Positions 53,730 through 64,000 of a stretch of 64,000 nt of DNA are shown here, in pieces. The stretch lies in NCBI GenBank assembly GCA_963664305.2, contig CAXXLV010000001.1, positions 1 to 64,000 of the forward strand. Direction: 5' to 3'. The position numbers were made by a program, and so were the translations under genes. Origin of the DNA: an uncultured Aliarcobacter sp. GTDB taxonomy: Bacteria > Campylobacterota > Campylobacteria > Campylobacterales > Arcobacteraceae. Every line of letters begins with the position of its first letter. Position 1 is the stretch's first letter. Below the pieces are notes generated by a model. It saw nothing but the letters and a program-made list of their open reading frames with translations, searched no databases and was not told the origin of the DNA.

Positions 53730-55628
53730 ATGTCAAATTTTTATAAATATCTATTTATAATTTTATTTTTACCTATTTTAATATTTGCAGAAGATATTCA
53801 AACGCCAACTACTCCTATAAAACTTTTAACAAAAGAGACTCAACAACAAGCAACTTTAAAACCTATTGAGCAATCTAATAGCGAAGAAATCACACAAAAT
53901 ATTGAAGAACAAATTGATTCACAAAGTAAAATAGTTGATGAAATCATAAATAATATAAATAATGAATCATATTTAGCAACTTTACCTGATAAAAATTATT
54001 ATGATAATGAGATTAATTTTTTAACAAATAGAATAAATGCAAATAATCTTCAAGGAAATTCACTTGCAGTTAAAAGAGATGAAATAAAAGTTGAATTTTT
54101 AAAAGAAAAATCTACTTATGAAACAACTCTAAAAAATATCATTATTGGAAAACAAGAGTTTAGAAATAAAAAATATTTTGAAGATCTTTTAAATACAAAT
54201 ATTAAATTTATTCAAACTTTTAATTTAGATGAATATAAATCTTTATATGAAAGTGAATTAAAAAATGTAAATACAAATAAAGTTTCTTCTGATTTAGTTG
54301 ATAATTATATAGAACTTTACAATCAAAAACATACTCAACTTTTTGTTTTGCAATACTTATATTCAAATATACAAAAATTTAGAGCATCAAACTTTTTTAT
54401 TGATGAGTTTAATCTAAAATATTTAATGAATAAAATTGATAATATAAAAGGTATATCTTTTATCTCTTCATTAACTTCTTATCATTTAAATTTTTCAATT
54501 GGTGAATTAACTATTGCTTCATTGATAATTCTATTTTTTAGATTAATAAATAGATATTTAATAGTTTTAATCACAAATTTTTTATCAAGATTTTTTATTA
54601 AAAACAAAAATCAGAATTTAGAAGAAAATATTTTATATCATCTAAAAGATGCCATAAATTCACCTTTAATTTATAGTTTATATCTTTTCTCATTACAACT
54701 TTCAATGTTTATTTTAGTAAAAGACCAAACTTTCATAAACAACGTAATGCCTTGGATAAATACAATTTATATGGCTTTATTAACTTGGGCAATTTATGCG
54801 ATTTTAGACAATAGTATCTCTATATATGCACAAAATTTACTTGAAAAATATCAAAATGTAAGAAAAGAGATGATTGTTTTTATTTTAAAAATAATCAAAG
54901 TAGTGTTAATTTTGATAGTTGTTTTATTTTTATTTACTCAACTAGGAATTGATGTAAAAGCCATTGCAGCTTCTCTTGGAGTTGGGGGTATTGCTATCGC
55001 ACTTGCTGCAAAAGATACACTAGCAAACTTTTTTGCTTCATTAAATATTATGACTGATAACTCTTTTTCTCAAGGTGATTGGATTAGAACAGATGATTTT
55101 GAAGGAACTGTTGTTGATATTAGAATGAGAACAACAAGAATTAGAACATTTGATAATGCGATGATTACTGTTCCAAATTCACAAATCGCAAATGCTCATA
55201 TTATGAACTGGTCAAAAAGAAAAATTGGACGAAGAATAAAAATGAGTATTGGTATAACATATGAAAGTAAAATGGAAGATATTGTTAGATTAAAACATGA
55301 TATTCAAGATATGTTATTAAATCATCCAAAAATTGCATCTAATAAAACGATTAACATCTCAAAAACAAAAGCTTTTGAAGCTATAAAAAAAGAGGATTTA
55401 GAAGGTATAAAAAATACTTTATTAGTTTTTATTGATGAATATTCTAGTTCATCAATTGATATTTTAATTTATTGTTTTTCAAAAAGTCCAGTATGGGAAG
55501 AATGGTTAGAAACAAAAGAAGAAGTTATAGTTGAAATTGCAAAACTTGTAGAAAAGAATAACTGCGAATTTGCCTACCCTACTCAAACTCTTCATATAAA
55601 AAACGAAGAAAAAATAGAAGAAATTTAA
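53730..55628 (+). CDS. MscS-family mechanosensitive channel with periplasmic N-terminal domain
   Basis: LGVGGIAIALAAKDTLANFF, GDWI, TRIRTFD...VPNS, FAYPTQ. Confidence 0.94.
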   Translation: MSNFYKYLFIILFLPILIFAEDIQTPTTPIKLLTKETQQQATLKPIEQSNSEEITQNIEEQIDSQSKIVDEIINNINNESYLATLPDKNYYDNEINFLTNRINANNLQGNSLAVKRDEIKVEFLKEKSTYETTLKNIIIGKQEFRNKKYFEDLLNTNIKFIQTFNLDEYKSLYESELKNVNTNKVSSDLVDNYIELYNQKHTQLFVLQYLYSNIQKFRASNFFIDEFNLKYLMNKIDNIKGISFISSLTSYHLNFSIGELTIASLIILFFRLINRYLIVLITNFLSRFFIKNKNQNLEENILYHLKDAINSPLIYSLYLFSLQLSMFILVKDQTFINNVMPWINTIYMALLTWAIYAILDNSISIYAQNLLEKYQNVRKEMIVFILKIIKVVLILIVVLFLFTQLGIDVKAIAASLGVGGIAIALAAKDTLANFFASLNIMTDNSFSQGDWIRTDDFEGTVVDIRMRTTRIRTFDNAMITVPNSQIANAHIMNWSKRKIGRRIKMSIGITYESKMEDIVRLKHDIQDMLLNHPKIASNKTINISKTKAFEAIKKEDLEGIKNTLLVFIDEYSSSSIDILIYCFSKSPVWEEWLETKEEVIVEIAKLVEKNNCEFAYPTQTLHIKNEEKIEEI

Positions 55629-55632
55629 ACTT

Positions 55633-56019
55633 CTATTTTTCTACTAATAAATCAGCTTTTGAACGAATCTTTTTTTTATATAAAAACTCTTTTTCTCTAT
55701 CTGTAAACTTTTCTTCTTTGATTGGTTCTCTTACTTTTTCTTTTTTTACTTTTTTCTCTTCAATTTTTTCTTCATTTTTAAACATTGTTAAAAGTAGATA
55801 TATTGAAAAAACTAAATTAAAAATAATAATCACCCATTTTGAAATAAGTGCAATTTCTAAATATTGAAGTTTATCTTTTAGTTTTAAATACTCAACAACA
55901 TCACCATAAATTATATTTGCAAACAAAGCAATGATTAAAAGAAGTGCAACAAATGTGACTCTTTTTCTAAATTTGAATAAGTAATACCAAAAAACTGCGG
56001 ATTTTACTTGCTTGAACAT
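55633..56019 (-). CDS. Hypothetical membrane protein
   Basis: 128-aa ORF with two TM segments. Confidence 0.75.
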   Translation of the reverse strand: MFKQVKSAVFWYYLFKFRKRVTFVALLLIIALFANIIYGDVVEYLKLKDKLQYLEIALISKWVIIIFNLVFSIYLLLTMFKNEEKIEEKKVKKEKVREPIKEEKFTDREKEFLYKKKIRSKADLLVEK

Positions 56020-56028
56020 CTTTAATTC

Positions 56029-56343
56029 CTAGACAAAAAAGTTTAAACCAAGAGCAGCAAGTGCAACCACTAAAGATTTTGTTTTTAAATCATCAACTAT
56101 TTTTCTCTCTTCATCAGCAATTATTATTTCTAACTCTTCATCACTATAATCATCAAAAGTTTTATGATTTTCAACAAGTCTAGCTTTTGTTGCAAGAACA
56201 GCTTTTTCTCTAATTTTTGAATTTATTGCATCTTTTAATTGTTGGCTTTTTATTTTTGGATAATCAAATGCTTTTGTGGCATTTTCACTCGCTATATTTA
56301 ATAACTTATTAGAATTTTCTTTTAATTTATCTTTTATTCCCAT
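56029..56343 (-). CDS. Hypothetical protein with C-terminal hydrophobic tail
   Basis: 104-aa ORF, 9 bp from the next gene. Confidence 0.75.
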   Translation of the reverse strand: MGIKDKLKENSNKLLNIASENATKAFDYPKIKSQQLKDAINSKIREKAVLATKARLVENHKTFDDYSDEELEIIIADEERKIVDDLKTKSLVVALAALGLNFFV

Positions 56344-56489
56344 GTTTTTTCCAATTAAATTTATTTTATTCTAGCATTTAACAATTAACAAAATTTTAAA
56401 AAAGTGATTTTTTATAAAGATAAAGATATTAAATAATGGCTTTAAATAGCCATTATTTATAAAAAGTTTTCTAAATTTTAGAAAACAAC

Positions 56490-56603
56490 TTAAAGAATAT
56501 ACTCCCAACGTGGATAAGCTGCTGCTATTGCTTTCATTTCATCAAATTTAAATACTTTGATGATTTTGAATCTTCCACTTGTTAAAAATGCTTTTATTCT
56601 CAT
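56490..56603 (-). CDS. Small 37-aa protein
   Basis: MRIKAFLTSGRFKIIKVFKFDEMKAIAAAYPRWEYIL*; AGGA RBS at 56611-56614; hairpins downstream at 56466-56486 and 56431-56458. Confidence 0.65.
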   Translation of the reverse strand: MRIKAFLTSGRFKIIKVFKFDEMKAIAAAYPRWEYIL

Positions 56604-56733
56604 TTTTGAATCCTAGTATTTTCGTATGAAAATAATATTAAATTTTAAATAATAATATACTTAAATAATATATATTTTTATATATTTTTTTTAAATTTAT
56701 GATATACTTTTGCATATTATTTTTGGAAGTAAG

Positions 56734-56955
56734 ATGGATAAGGATAATTTCAAATTATTATTAAAAAAGGCAAACTTCAATAAACGCACATTTTCTGAGC
56801 ATTTGGGGTTAAAATATCAAAGTGTAAACTCGTGGGGAAACAATGGAAGGAACATTCCTTATTGGGTTGAGTCTTGGCTACATTTGTATATTGATAACAA
56901 CAAATGTAAACAAATAAAAGATATGTTAAAAGATAGTGGGATTTGTAATCAGTAA
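56734..56955 (+). CDS. Small XRE/Cro-like helix-turn-helix protein
   Basis: MDKDNFKLLLKKANFNKRTFSEHLGLKYQSVNSWG...IPYWVESWL; ATG 56734 preferred over TTG 56710. Confidence 0.8.
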   Translation: MDKDNFKLLLKKANFNKRTFSEHLGLKYQSVNSWGNNGRNIPYWVESWLHLYIDNNKCKQIKDMLKDSGICNQ

Positions 56956-57062
56956 ATTATTTAATCTCTTAAAAAATAAGTTTTTTAAAGAGAAAGCCGT
57001 AACAAAGTCTTATTTAAGTATACTATACATTAAATACGCAAATTTTAAATAAGGGAAGATTA

Positions 57063-57362
57063 TTGGAAGCACAATATGAAAAAATCATTGTACTAATTAT
57101 TGTAATTACAGCTTCAGCAATGACATGGAAAATGGTAAAAGATTTTTATAGCACAAAATTTCATAAAATTTTTGCCCATTTAATAGCAGTAATCACTGGT
57201 TCGTTTATGCTGTTATCTTCAATGATTTTATTTGTACCTAAAAACTATCAAAGAGGCGCAGGCCCCGAAGTAGAACTAACTTTTGTAGGTGTTTTAACTG
57301 TAATTGTAATGTTAGCAGTTTTATATCTATTCTTCAAATATATACCAAATAACAAAAAATAA
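57063..57362 (+). CDS. Hypothetical three-TM membrane protein
   Basis: 99-aa ORF with RBS, directly upstream of proA. Confidence 0.7.
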   Translation: MEAQYEKIIVLIIVITASAMTWKMVKDFYSTKFHKIFAHLIAVITGSFMLLSSMILFVPKNYQRGAGPEVELTFVGVLTVIVMLAVLYLFFKYIPNNKK

Positions 57363-57383
57363 ATTTTAATTGTAGGAATTACT

Positions 57384-58618
57384 ATGCAAGCATTTTTAGA
57401 AGAGGCTAAAAAATCTAGCCGAACTATTGCAAATCTAAGTACTGCTGTAAAAAATAAAGTTTTAAACGAAATGGCAGATGCTTTAATGAATCATTGTGAT
57501 TTTATAATATCACATAATGAAAAAGATATGAGTGAAGCAAGATTAAATAATTTAGGAGAAGCTTTACTTGATAGATTACTTTTAACAGGTGATAGAGTAA
57601 AAGATATGGCTGATGCAATTAGACAAATTGCATCTCAAACAGAACCTGTTGGAAGAATTTTAGATGGTTGGGTTACAAAAGATGGATTAAATATTCAAAA
57701 AGTATCTATTCCAATTGGAGTAATTGGAATCATTTATGAAAGTAGACCAAATGTAACAAGTGATACAGCAGCTCTTTGTTTTAAAAGTGGAAATGTATGT
57801 GTTTTAAAAGGTGGGAAAGAAGCCGAACACTCAAATAAAGCAATTGCTATGGTTTTAAGAGAAGTATTAACAAAAAACAAACTTCCAGAACAAGCTATTT
57901 CACTACTTCCTGATTCAAGTAGAGAAGGTGTTGCAAAACTTATAAAACAAGATAAATTTGTTGATTTAATTGTACCACGAGGTGGAGAAGCATTAATAAG
58001 ATTTGTAAGTGAAAACTCATCTATACCAGTTATTAAACATGATAAAGGAATTTGTCATATTTATATCGATAAAGATGCAGCTGCTGCAAAAATCATTGAT
58101 ATAGTAACTAATGCAAAATGCCAAAGACCAAGTGCTTGTAACTCTATAGAAACTCTGTTAATTCACGAAGATATAGCTCCATACATAATAAATGGATTAG
58201 AAGATGCATTTTCAGAAAGAGGAACTATTTTAAAAGGTTGTGCAGAAACTTTAAAATACATCAAAGTAATTCCAGCAACTTTAGAAGATTTTGATACAGA
58301 ATATTTAGCAAATATTTTAAATATTAAAATTGTAAAAAATATGGATGAAGCAATTACACATATTCAAAGACATGGTTCAGGACACTCTGAATCAATTTTA
58401 AGTGAAAACTATACAACAGTAAATAGATTTTAAATGAAGTTGATGCTGCTTGTGTTTATGCAAATGCAAGTACAAGATTTACTGATGGTGGAGCATTTGG
58501 ACTTGGAGCTGAAGTTGGTATTTCAACAAACAAACTTCATTCAAGAGGACCAATGGGAATAAATGATTTAACAACATTTAAATATAAAGTTTACGGTTCA
58601 GGTCAAATTAGAAATTAG
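57384..58618 (+). pseudogene. proA: Gamma-glutamyl phosphate reductase interrupted by a 1-nt frameshift at ~58428-58431 (real lesion or sequencing error)
   Basis: IYESRPNVT, LKGGKEA, PSACNSIE, GSGHSESI; after AGA-TTT-TAA the shifted frame reads [42 protein letters not shown]...GQIRN* ending at 58618. Confidence 0.9.
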
Positions 58619-58625
58619 GAAAAAA

Positions 58626-60509
58626 ATGAAAAAAATATTTTTAACACTATGTAGTGTTTTTGTTGCTCTATTCTTTTGGTACTTTTTAGGAGCAAAAGCT
58701 ATATTAAAAGATGATTCAAACTCTTTTTCAAAACTTCAATGTGTTTCGTATGCACCATTTGCAAAAGATGAATCACCTTTCTTATTTGATAAAGGTTTAG
58801 TAATTTCAGAAGAACAAGTAAGAAATGATTTGAAACTTCTTTCTAAATACACAACTTGTATTAGAACTTATTCAACAGTTGGTTTAGAACTTGTTCCAAA
58901 AATTGCACGTGAATTTAATCTTCAAATGCTAATGGGTGCATGGGTTAGTTCAGATGAAAAACAAACAAAAGATGAAATATCAACTCTAATTAAATTAGTA
59001 AATGAAAATCCTGAAATTGTAAAAGCTGTGATTGTTGGAAATGAAGTTTTATTAAGAGGAGATATCTCTGATAAAAAACTTTATGAATATATTCAAGAGG
59101 TAAAAACTGCTCTTCCAAATGTAAAAGTAACTTATGCAGATGTTTGGGAATTTTGGTTAAAACACCCAAGTATCAAAGAAGTAACTGATTTTGTAACTAT
59201 TCATATTTTACCTTATTGGGAAGATGACCCAATGAATATAGATGAATCAATCAAACATTTAGCTGATGTTAGACATGAAGTTGAACAAATTTTAGGAACT
59301 TCAAATATTTTAATTGGTGAGACAGGTTGGCCAAGTGAAGGAAGAATGAGAGAAGATGCCTTACCAAGTAAAATCAACCAAGCAAAGTTTGTAAGAGATT
59401 TTGTCTCTTTAGCTCAAGAGAAAAACTGGAATTATAATATCATTGAAGCATTTGATCAACCATGGAAAAGAGTTAGTGAAGGTGCTGTTGGTGGTTTCTG
59501 GGGATTATTTGATAAAGATAGAGAAGATAAAAATGTATTTAGTGGAGATGTTTCAAATTTCCCAAATTATAAATATTTAGCATTAGGTTCATTAGTTTTA
59601 ATCCTTATTTTTTCTTTATTACTTAAAGATAAAAATATTTCAACTAAAAAAATCTTCCTATTTACTTTTGTAAATACTTCTTTTGCAATACTTTATATGT
59701 TGCAAGTTGAACAATATAATATTATTGCTAGAAACTATTTAGAGTTTTTATGGGCATTCTTTGTATTATTAACACAAATTTTTGTTTATTATTTTATGCT
59801 TTCATACATAATAAAAGAAAAAAGAACAGATGTTATTCCAAGTCTATTTTTCTATTTAGCTTCATTTATTGCTTTCATTTTAACTATGAATTTAGCTTTC
59901 AATGGAAGATATGAAAATTTTGAAATTTATGGATTTATCATTTTAGCTATTTCGTTTATTTGGTTATATAAAAATCAATATTCAAAATTAAATTTTGGTA
60001 AATTTGAAAAAGTATTAGCGGTAGTTTTAGTTATTGGTTCGATTATTACAATATACAATGAAACTTTTTTAAATATTTTCTCTAATATTTGGGTTATTTT
60101 AGCATTAGTATTTGCTTATATTTTAAATAAAGGTACAAGTAAAAATATCTCTTTATGTGATTTAAAAGAGTTAGGAATTTATACATTAGTATTTGCAGCA
60201 ATATTCCTTGCATTTAAATACGGATTTGTATCAAATAAAGCTCTAGCAATTGAGTGTAATCTAAACTCTGCATCTTTATCTTGTGAGATAAAAGATTTTA
60301 TGGGAGCAGCTGTTTATTTTGGTTATATTGGATTTGTTACTATTTTAGTAGCTGTGATTGCATTTATAACAAATAAAAAGTCATACTCTTTAATTGCCCT
60401 ATTCTTTAGTGTTGGTTCACTAATTCTTACAAATACGTTCTTAGGTTCGATTTCATTTTTAATAGCTGTTTATCTTCTTACTAAAGATAAAACAAAAAGT
60501 TTAAATTAG
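58626..60509 (+). CDS. GH17 beta-glucan transglycosylase with C-terminal membrane domain (NdvC-like)
   Basis: CVSYAPF, IRTYS, VGNEVLL, HILPYWE, IGETGWPSEG, EAFDQPWK. Confidence 0.88.
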   Translation: MKKIFLTLCSVFVALFFWYFLGAKAILKDDSNSFSKLQCVSYAPFAKDESPFLFDKGLVISEEQVRNDLKLLSKYTTCIRTYSTVGLELVPKIAREFNLQMLMGAWVSSDEKQTKDEISTLIKLVNENPEIVKAVIVGNEVLLRGDISDKKLYEYIQEVKTALPNVKVTYADVWEFWLKHPSIKEVTDFVTIHILPYWEDDPMNIDESIKHLADVRHEVEQILGTSNILIGETGWPSEGRMREDALPSKINQAKFVRDFVSLAQEKNWNYNIIEAFDQPWKRVSEGAVGGFWGLFDKDREDKNVFSGDVSNFPNYKYLALGSLVLILIFSLLLKDKNISTKKIFLFTFVNTSFAILYMLQVEQYNIIARNYLEFLWAFFVLLTQIFVYYFMLSYIIKEKRTDVIPSLFFYLASFIAFILTMNLAFNGRYENFEIYGFIILAISFIWLYKNQYSKLNFGKFEKVLAVVLVIGSIITIYNETFLNIFSNIWVILALVFAYILNKGTSKNISLCDLKELGIYTLVFAAIFLAFKYGFVSNKALAIECNLNSASLSCEIKDFMGAAVYFGYIGFVTILVAVIAFITNKKSYSLIALFFSVGSLILTNTFLGSISFLIAVYLLTKDKTKSLN

Positions 60510-60519
60510 ATTTTTTTAG

Positions 60520-60544
60520 AAGATTGTGCGAAATGCACAATCTT
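60520..60544. terminator. Hairpin between convergent genes
   Basis: AAGATTGTGC-GAAAT-GCACAATCTT. Confidence 0.75.
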
Positions 60545-61206
60545 TATTTTTTATTTGATGGAGAGATGTTTGGTGCATCTTCTTCATTATCTTCACTACC
60601 AATTATCTCTTCAATTGGTTTTACAGGGAAAGATGGAAGTTTAAATTTATCATCTTTAATATCTACATTAAAAACAGCAAATTTTGCTTGTTGAATTTGA
60701 ACCATACCTAAAGATTGACTAACTTGTTTTAATGGTACAGTTTTATAAACCCAAATTTTATCTTCACCTAATTGCCAAACATCACATTTGTATCCTAATA
60801 TCTCTTCAGTTCCTAGATTTTTAGCACCCATTTGAACAAAAGAATCATAAGTTTTAATATTTTGAATTGGATTTTCTTCATCTAAAACTAACTTTTGAGA
60901 ATAGATAACCTCATCATTAAAATCAACAGTAAGTAGCTTTTCATTAACAATTTTAGAGATAGTTCTTTCTTCTTCTTTTTCTCCCATTATTGTTTGAATA
61001 ATTCTTTCATCTGTTAATTCTAAATTACCAAAATCTTTAAAATACAATTTACTAGTTCCACTTATAGTATCACCTTTTGCTCCACCTTCAGTATTACCAA
61101 TAATTTCATATTCAACAATTCCTGATTTGATGTCATATCTGTTTCCTGCAAACAAATCAACTAAACCTACTAACAAAAATATAAGTATATATTTTAATTT
61201 TCCCAC
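60544..61206 (-). CDS. Exported hypothetical protein (DUF4412/LolA-like fold suspected)
   Basis: Signal peptide; LGTEEILGYKCDVW; DDKFKLP. Confidence 0.7.
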   Translation of the reverse strand: MGKLKYILIFLLVGLVDLFAGNRYDIKSGIVEYEIIGNTEGGAKGDTISGTSKLYFKDFGNLELTDERIIQTIMGEKEEERTISKIVNEKLLTVDFNDEVIYSQKLVLDEENPIQNIKTYDSFVQMGAKNLGTEEILGYKCDVWQLGEDKIWVYKTVPLKQVSQSLGMVQIQQAKFAVFNVDIKDDKFKLPSFPVKPIEEIIGSEDNEEDAPNISPSNKK

Positions 61207-61331
61207 ACTTTTTTCCTCTTATAAATTGGCGAAATTATACTGCTAATAAAAAAAATATGCAATATATTTTTTAGATACCACCAAATAAACACCATATTTT
61301 TTTAAGATAAAAAAAACAAAAGGAGCTTTAT

Positions 61332-62648
61332 ATGTCTTATTCTAAAAAAAGATATTTAGTATACTCTATTAGCACAATTTTAATAATGCTAATACCATTT
61401 ATAACAATAAATGACAATCATTTATTATTGTTATCTTTTGACAAATTACAATTTCATTTTTTAGGAATTGTATTTAATGTTAGTGAACTTTATGTAATGC
61501 CATTTTTACTTATGTTCCTATTTATAGGTATTTTTGCTATGACTTCTATGTTAGGAAGAATTTGGTGTGGGTGGGCATGTCCGCAAACTATTTTTAGAGT
61601 TATCTATAGAGATTTAATAGAAAGTACTATCTTAGATTTAAGAAGAATTAAAAACAAACAAAAAGAGATAGACTACAATAAAAAATCAAATCAAATTAAA
61701 AAATATATATCTTTAATTTTATGGGGAATTATTACTTTGATAATCTCTTCAAACTTTATGTTATATTTTGTTCCACCTGAAGATTTTTTTGCTTATATAC
61801 AAGACCCTTTAAATCATAGTTTTATGATTTTATTTATTATAAGTGTTGCCCTATTTTTAATCTATGATATTGTTTTTATGAAAGAAAACTTCTGTGTTTA
61901 TGTTTGTCCATATTCAAGAATTCAATCAGTTTTATATGATAACAATACAAAACAAGTAACTTACGATTTTAATCGTGGTGGAAAAGTTTATGAAAATGGT
62001 GAAAAATCTATTTTTAAAGTAAAACAATGGAGTAATAATGAACAATGCACAACTTGTGAAGCTTGTGTAAAAGTTTGTCCAACTCATATTGATATTAGAA
62101 AAGGTTTACAAGTTGAATGTATAAACTGTCTTGAATGTAGTGATGCATGTGCAACTGTTATGCAAAAATTTGGAAAAGAATCTCTAATAAATTGGGGAAG
62201 TACAAATAAAGTAATAAATAAACAAAACATCTCTATTTGGACAAAAAGAAATATTACATATTTTGCTTCTTTATTTTTATGTATATTTTTAGCATTTTAT
62301 TTCTCACTGGAAAAAGAAGATTTTTTAGTAAATGTAAATAAAACAACAGAACTTTACAAAAAAAATGAAGATGGAACAGTTTCAAATAACTATATTTTAA
62401 CTTTCCATAACACACAAGATAAAGCTTTGACTTTTGATGTAAAACTAAAAGATGATAAAAACTTTAAAATAAAAAGATTTGAAAAGTTCCCATTAGAAGC
62501 TGGAACTAAATCTAAAAAAATATTAATTATTGAAACGACTAAAGATTTTGATAAAAACATAAATAAAACATCAAATGTTTATATAGAAATATTTTCACAA
62601 GATAGTGAATTTAAAATTGTAAAAAAACTAGCTTTTATTCATCCATAA
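61332..62648 (+). CDS. ccoG: Cytochrome c oxidase accessory protein CcoG (FixG)
   Basis: GRIWCGWACPQT, FCVYVCPY, CTTCEACVKVCPTHIDIR, CINCLECSDAC. Confidence 0.95.
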   Translation: MSYSKKRYLVYSISTILIMLIPFITINDNHLLLLSFDKLQFHFLGIVFNVSELYVMPFLLMFLFIGIFAMTSMLGRIWCGWACPQTIFRVIYRDLIESTILDLRRIKNKQKEIDYNKKSNQIKKYISLILWGIITLIISSNFMLYFVPPEDFFAYIQDPLNHSFMILFIISVALFLIYDIVFMKENFCVYVCPYSRIQSVLYDNNTKQVTYDFNRGGKVYENGEKSIFKVKQWSNNEQCTTCEACVKVCPTHIDIRKGLQVECINCLECSDACATVMQKFGKESLINWGSTNKVINKQNISIWTKRNITYFASLFLCIFLAFYFSLEKEDFLVNVNKTTELYKKNEDGTVSNNYILTFHNTQDKALTFDVKLKDDKNFKIKRFEKFPLEAGTKSKKILIIETTKDFDKNINKTSNVYIEIFSQDSEFKIVKKLAFIHP

Positions 62649-62649
62649 T

Positions 62650-63981
62650 CTAAATAGCTTTTTCAAAAAAGAGGGAAAAACAAGCTCCCTCTTTTTTATT
62701 TTCAACTAAAATTTTTCCAGAAAAACTCTCTTCTATAATCATTTTTACTAAATAAAGTCCAAGTCCAGTTCCTAGTTCTTTTGTCGTAAAATATGGTTCA
62801 AAAATCTTTTTTATATTTTTTGCTTTTATTCCACCACCATTATCTAAAACTCTTATTTTAACCTCAGCAGAATCACAAAAGATATCTATTTTTATTTTTG
62901 GATTTTTTTTATTTTTTAAAACATCTATTGAGTTTGAAACTAAAGAAAAAACAACTTGTGAAAGTTCATTTTTAACTCCAAAAATCTGAATATCCTCAAA
63001 AGTTTCAAAATTCACTTCTAACTCTATATTATTACTTTTTAAATCTGCACTTAATATAGTTATTGCATTATTTATAGCTTCTTTTACACTAAATAAAATT
63101 TTTTCTTTTGATTCAACATAAAACTCTTTAAAATCATCAATTGTTTTTGATAAAAAAACTACTTGTTCATTTGCTTGATTTATTTTTTTATCAAAATAGA
63201 TTTCATCTAAATTTTTACTTTCAAATCGCTTTTTTAAATTTATTAAAATATATGAAATATTGTTTAATGGTTGTCTAAATTGATGGGTAATATTTGCTAT
63301 CATTTCTCCAGATTTTACAAATTTTGATTGCTGTAAAACCATCTTCTCAAAGTTCTTATTTTGTATTTTCAAATCATTATATTTATATGCAATTGAAATC
63401 GTAAAAAGCATAGCTTCAATTGCAAAAACCACTAAAACTAAATCAAAATATCCCATTTGATTATAAAAATTTTTAAAATCAAAAAAGAAAAGTAAAATAC
63501 AAAAAATTGACCAACCAATAACATATATCAATGTTGGTTTAAAACCTTGTTTTAAATTAAAAATAATAGATATAAATAAAATGGCATAAATAATTGTATA
63601 AGGTAAATATTCAAATAAAATATAGTGATAAAAAGCCGTTAAAATTACTACATTTAATAAAAAAGTATTAAATACAAGCTCTTTAAAATTTGTGATTTTT
63701 GGTAAAAAATTTCCTTCATAATAATTTATTGCAAATATAACAGCGAATATAGAAGCTATAACTAAAGAAAACTCTTGGACAAGAATATTTATTTCAAAAA
63801 GTTTACTATATGAGATTATAAAAATCAAAGAAAATATCTGCATAAAACAATAACTAATATAAAATATCTCTTTTGAATATAAATATCTAACAAATGTATA
63901 TACAATTGTCATAATTAATATTCCAAAAGTTATTCCATAAAATAGAACTATATTTATATCAAACATCAATTTTATAACCAC
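62650..63981 (-). CDS. Multi-TM (7TM-DISM-like) sensor histidine kinase
   Basis: Hydrophobic N-terminal half; THQFRQPL, DNGGG, GTGLGL. Confidence 0.92.
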   Translation of the reverse strand: MVIKLMFDINIVLFYGITFGILIMTIVYTFVRYLYSKEIFYISYCFMQIFSLIFIISYSKLFEINILVQEFSLVIASIFAVIFAINYYEGNFLPKITNFKELVFNTFLLNVVILTAFYHYILFEYLPYTIIYAILFISIIFNLKQGFKPTLIYVIGWSIFCILLFFFDFKNFYNQMGYFDLVLVVFAIEAMLFTISIAYKYNDLKIQNKNFEKMVLQQSKFVKSGEMIANITHQFRQPLNNISYILINLKKRFESKNLDEIYFDKKINQANEQVVFLSKTIDDFKEFYVESKEKILFSVKEAINNAITILSADLKSNNIELEVNFETFEDIQIFGVKNELSQVVFSLVSNSIDVLKNKKNPKIKIDIFCDSAEVKIRVLDNGGGIKAKNIKKIFEPYFTTKELGTGLGLYLVKMIIEESFSGKILVENKKEGACFSLFFEKAI

Positions 63982-64000
63982 TGTTTGTAAGATTTAAAAT

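Overview
A very AT-rich chromosomal window from a Campylobacterota bacterium, most likely Arcobacteraceae (inferred from composition, many Cache/PAS histidine kinases and MCPs, and a stand-alone atpE with an N-terminal extension). Bases 1-7295 hold the 5' part of a giant minus-strand T1SS-type adhesin that the ORF track missed. It has a LapA-like retention module and at least 11.3 apparently identical 561-bp repeats. The rest contains a trans-sulfuration gene pair, a chemotaxis/c-di-GMP/two-component cluster with a CetAB-like pair, a Zur-like zinc locus, nhaA, atpE, tRNA-Leu(GAG), katG-ahpC-trxA, mscS, a frameshifted proA, a GH17 glucan enzyme and ccoG. Two operons are the best candidates for under-described systems. 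(1) 21436-26225: two CydA-like membrane proteins lacking the quinol/heme b558 site, each fused to a c-type heme, with a thioredoxin-like protein, a membrane ferredoxin and an atypical response regulator. (2) 39411-45201: a Fur-boxed operon of imelysin, di-heme oxidoreductase, imelysin, desaturase-like protein and a MauG-like enzyme, with a terminator hairpin hidden inside a signal-peptide coding sequence. No CRISPR array, IS element, integrase or prophage was seen. Family assignments rest on motifs recalled from memory; no database search was run.
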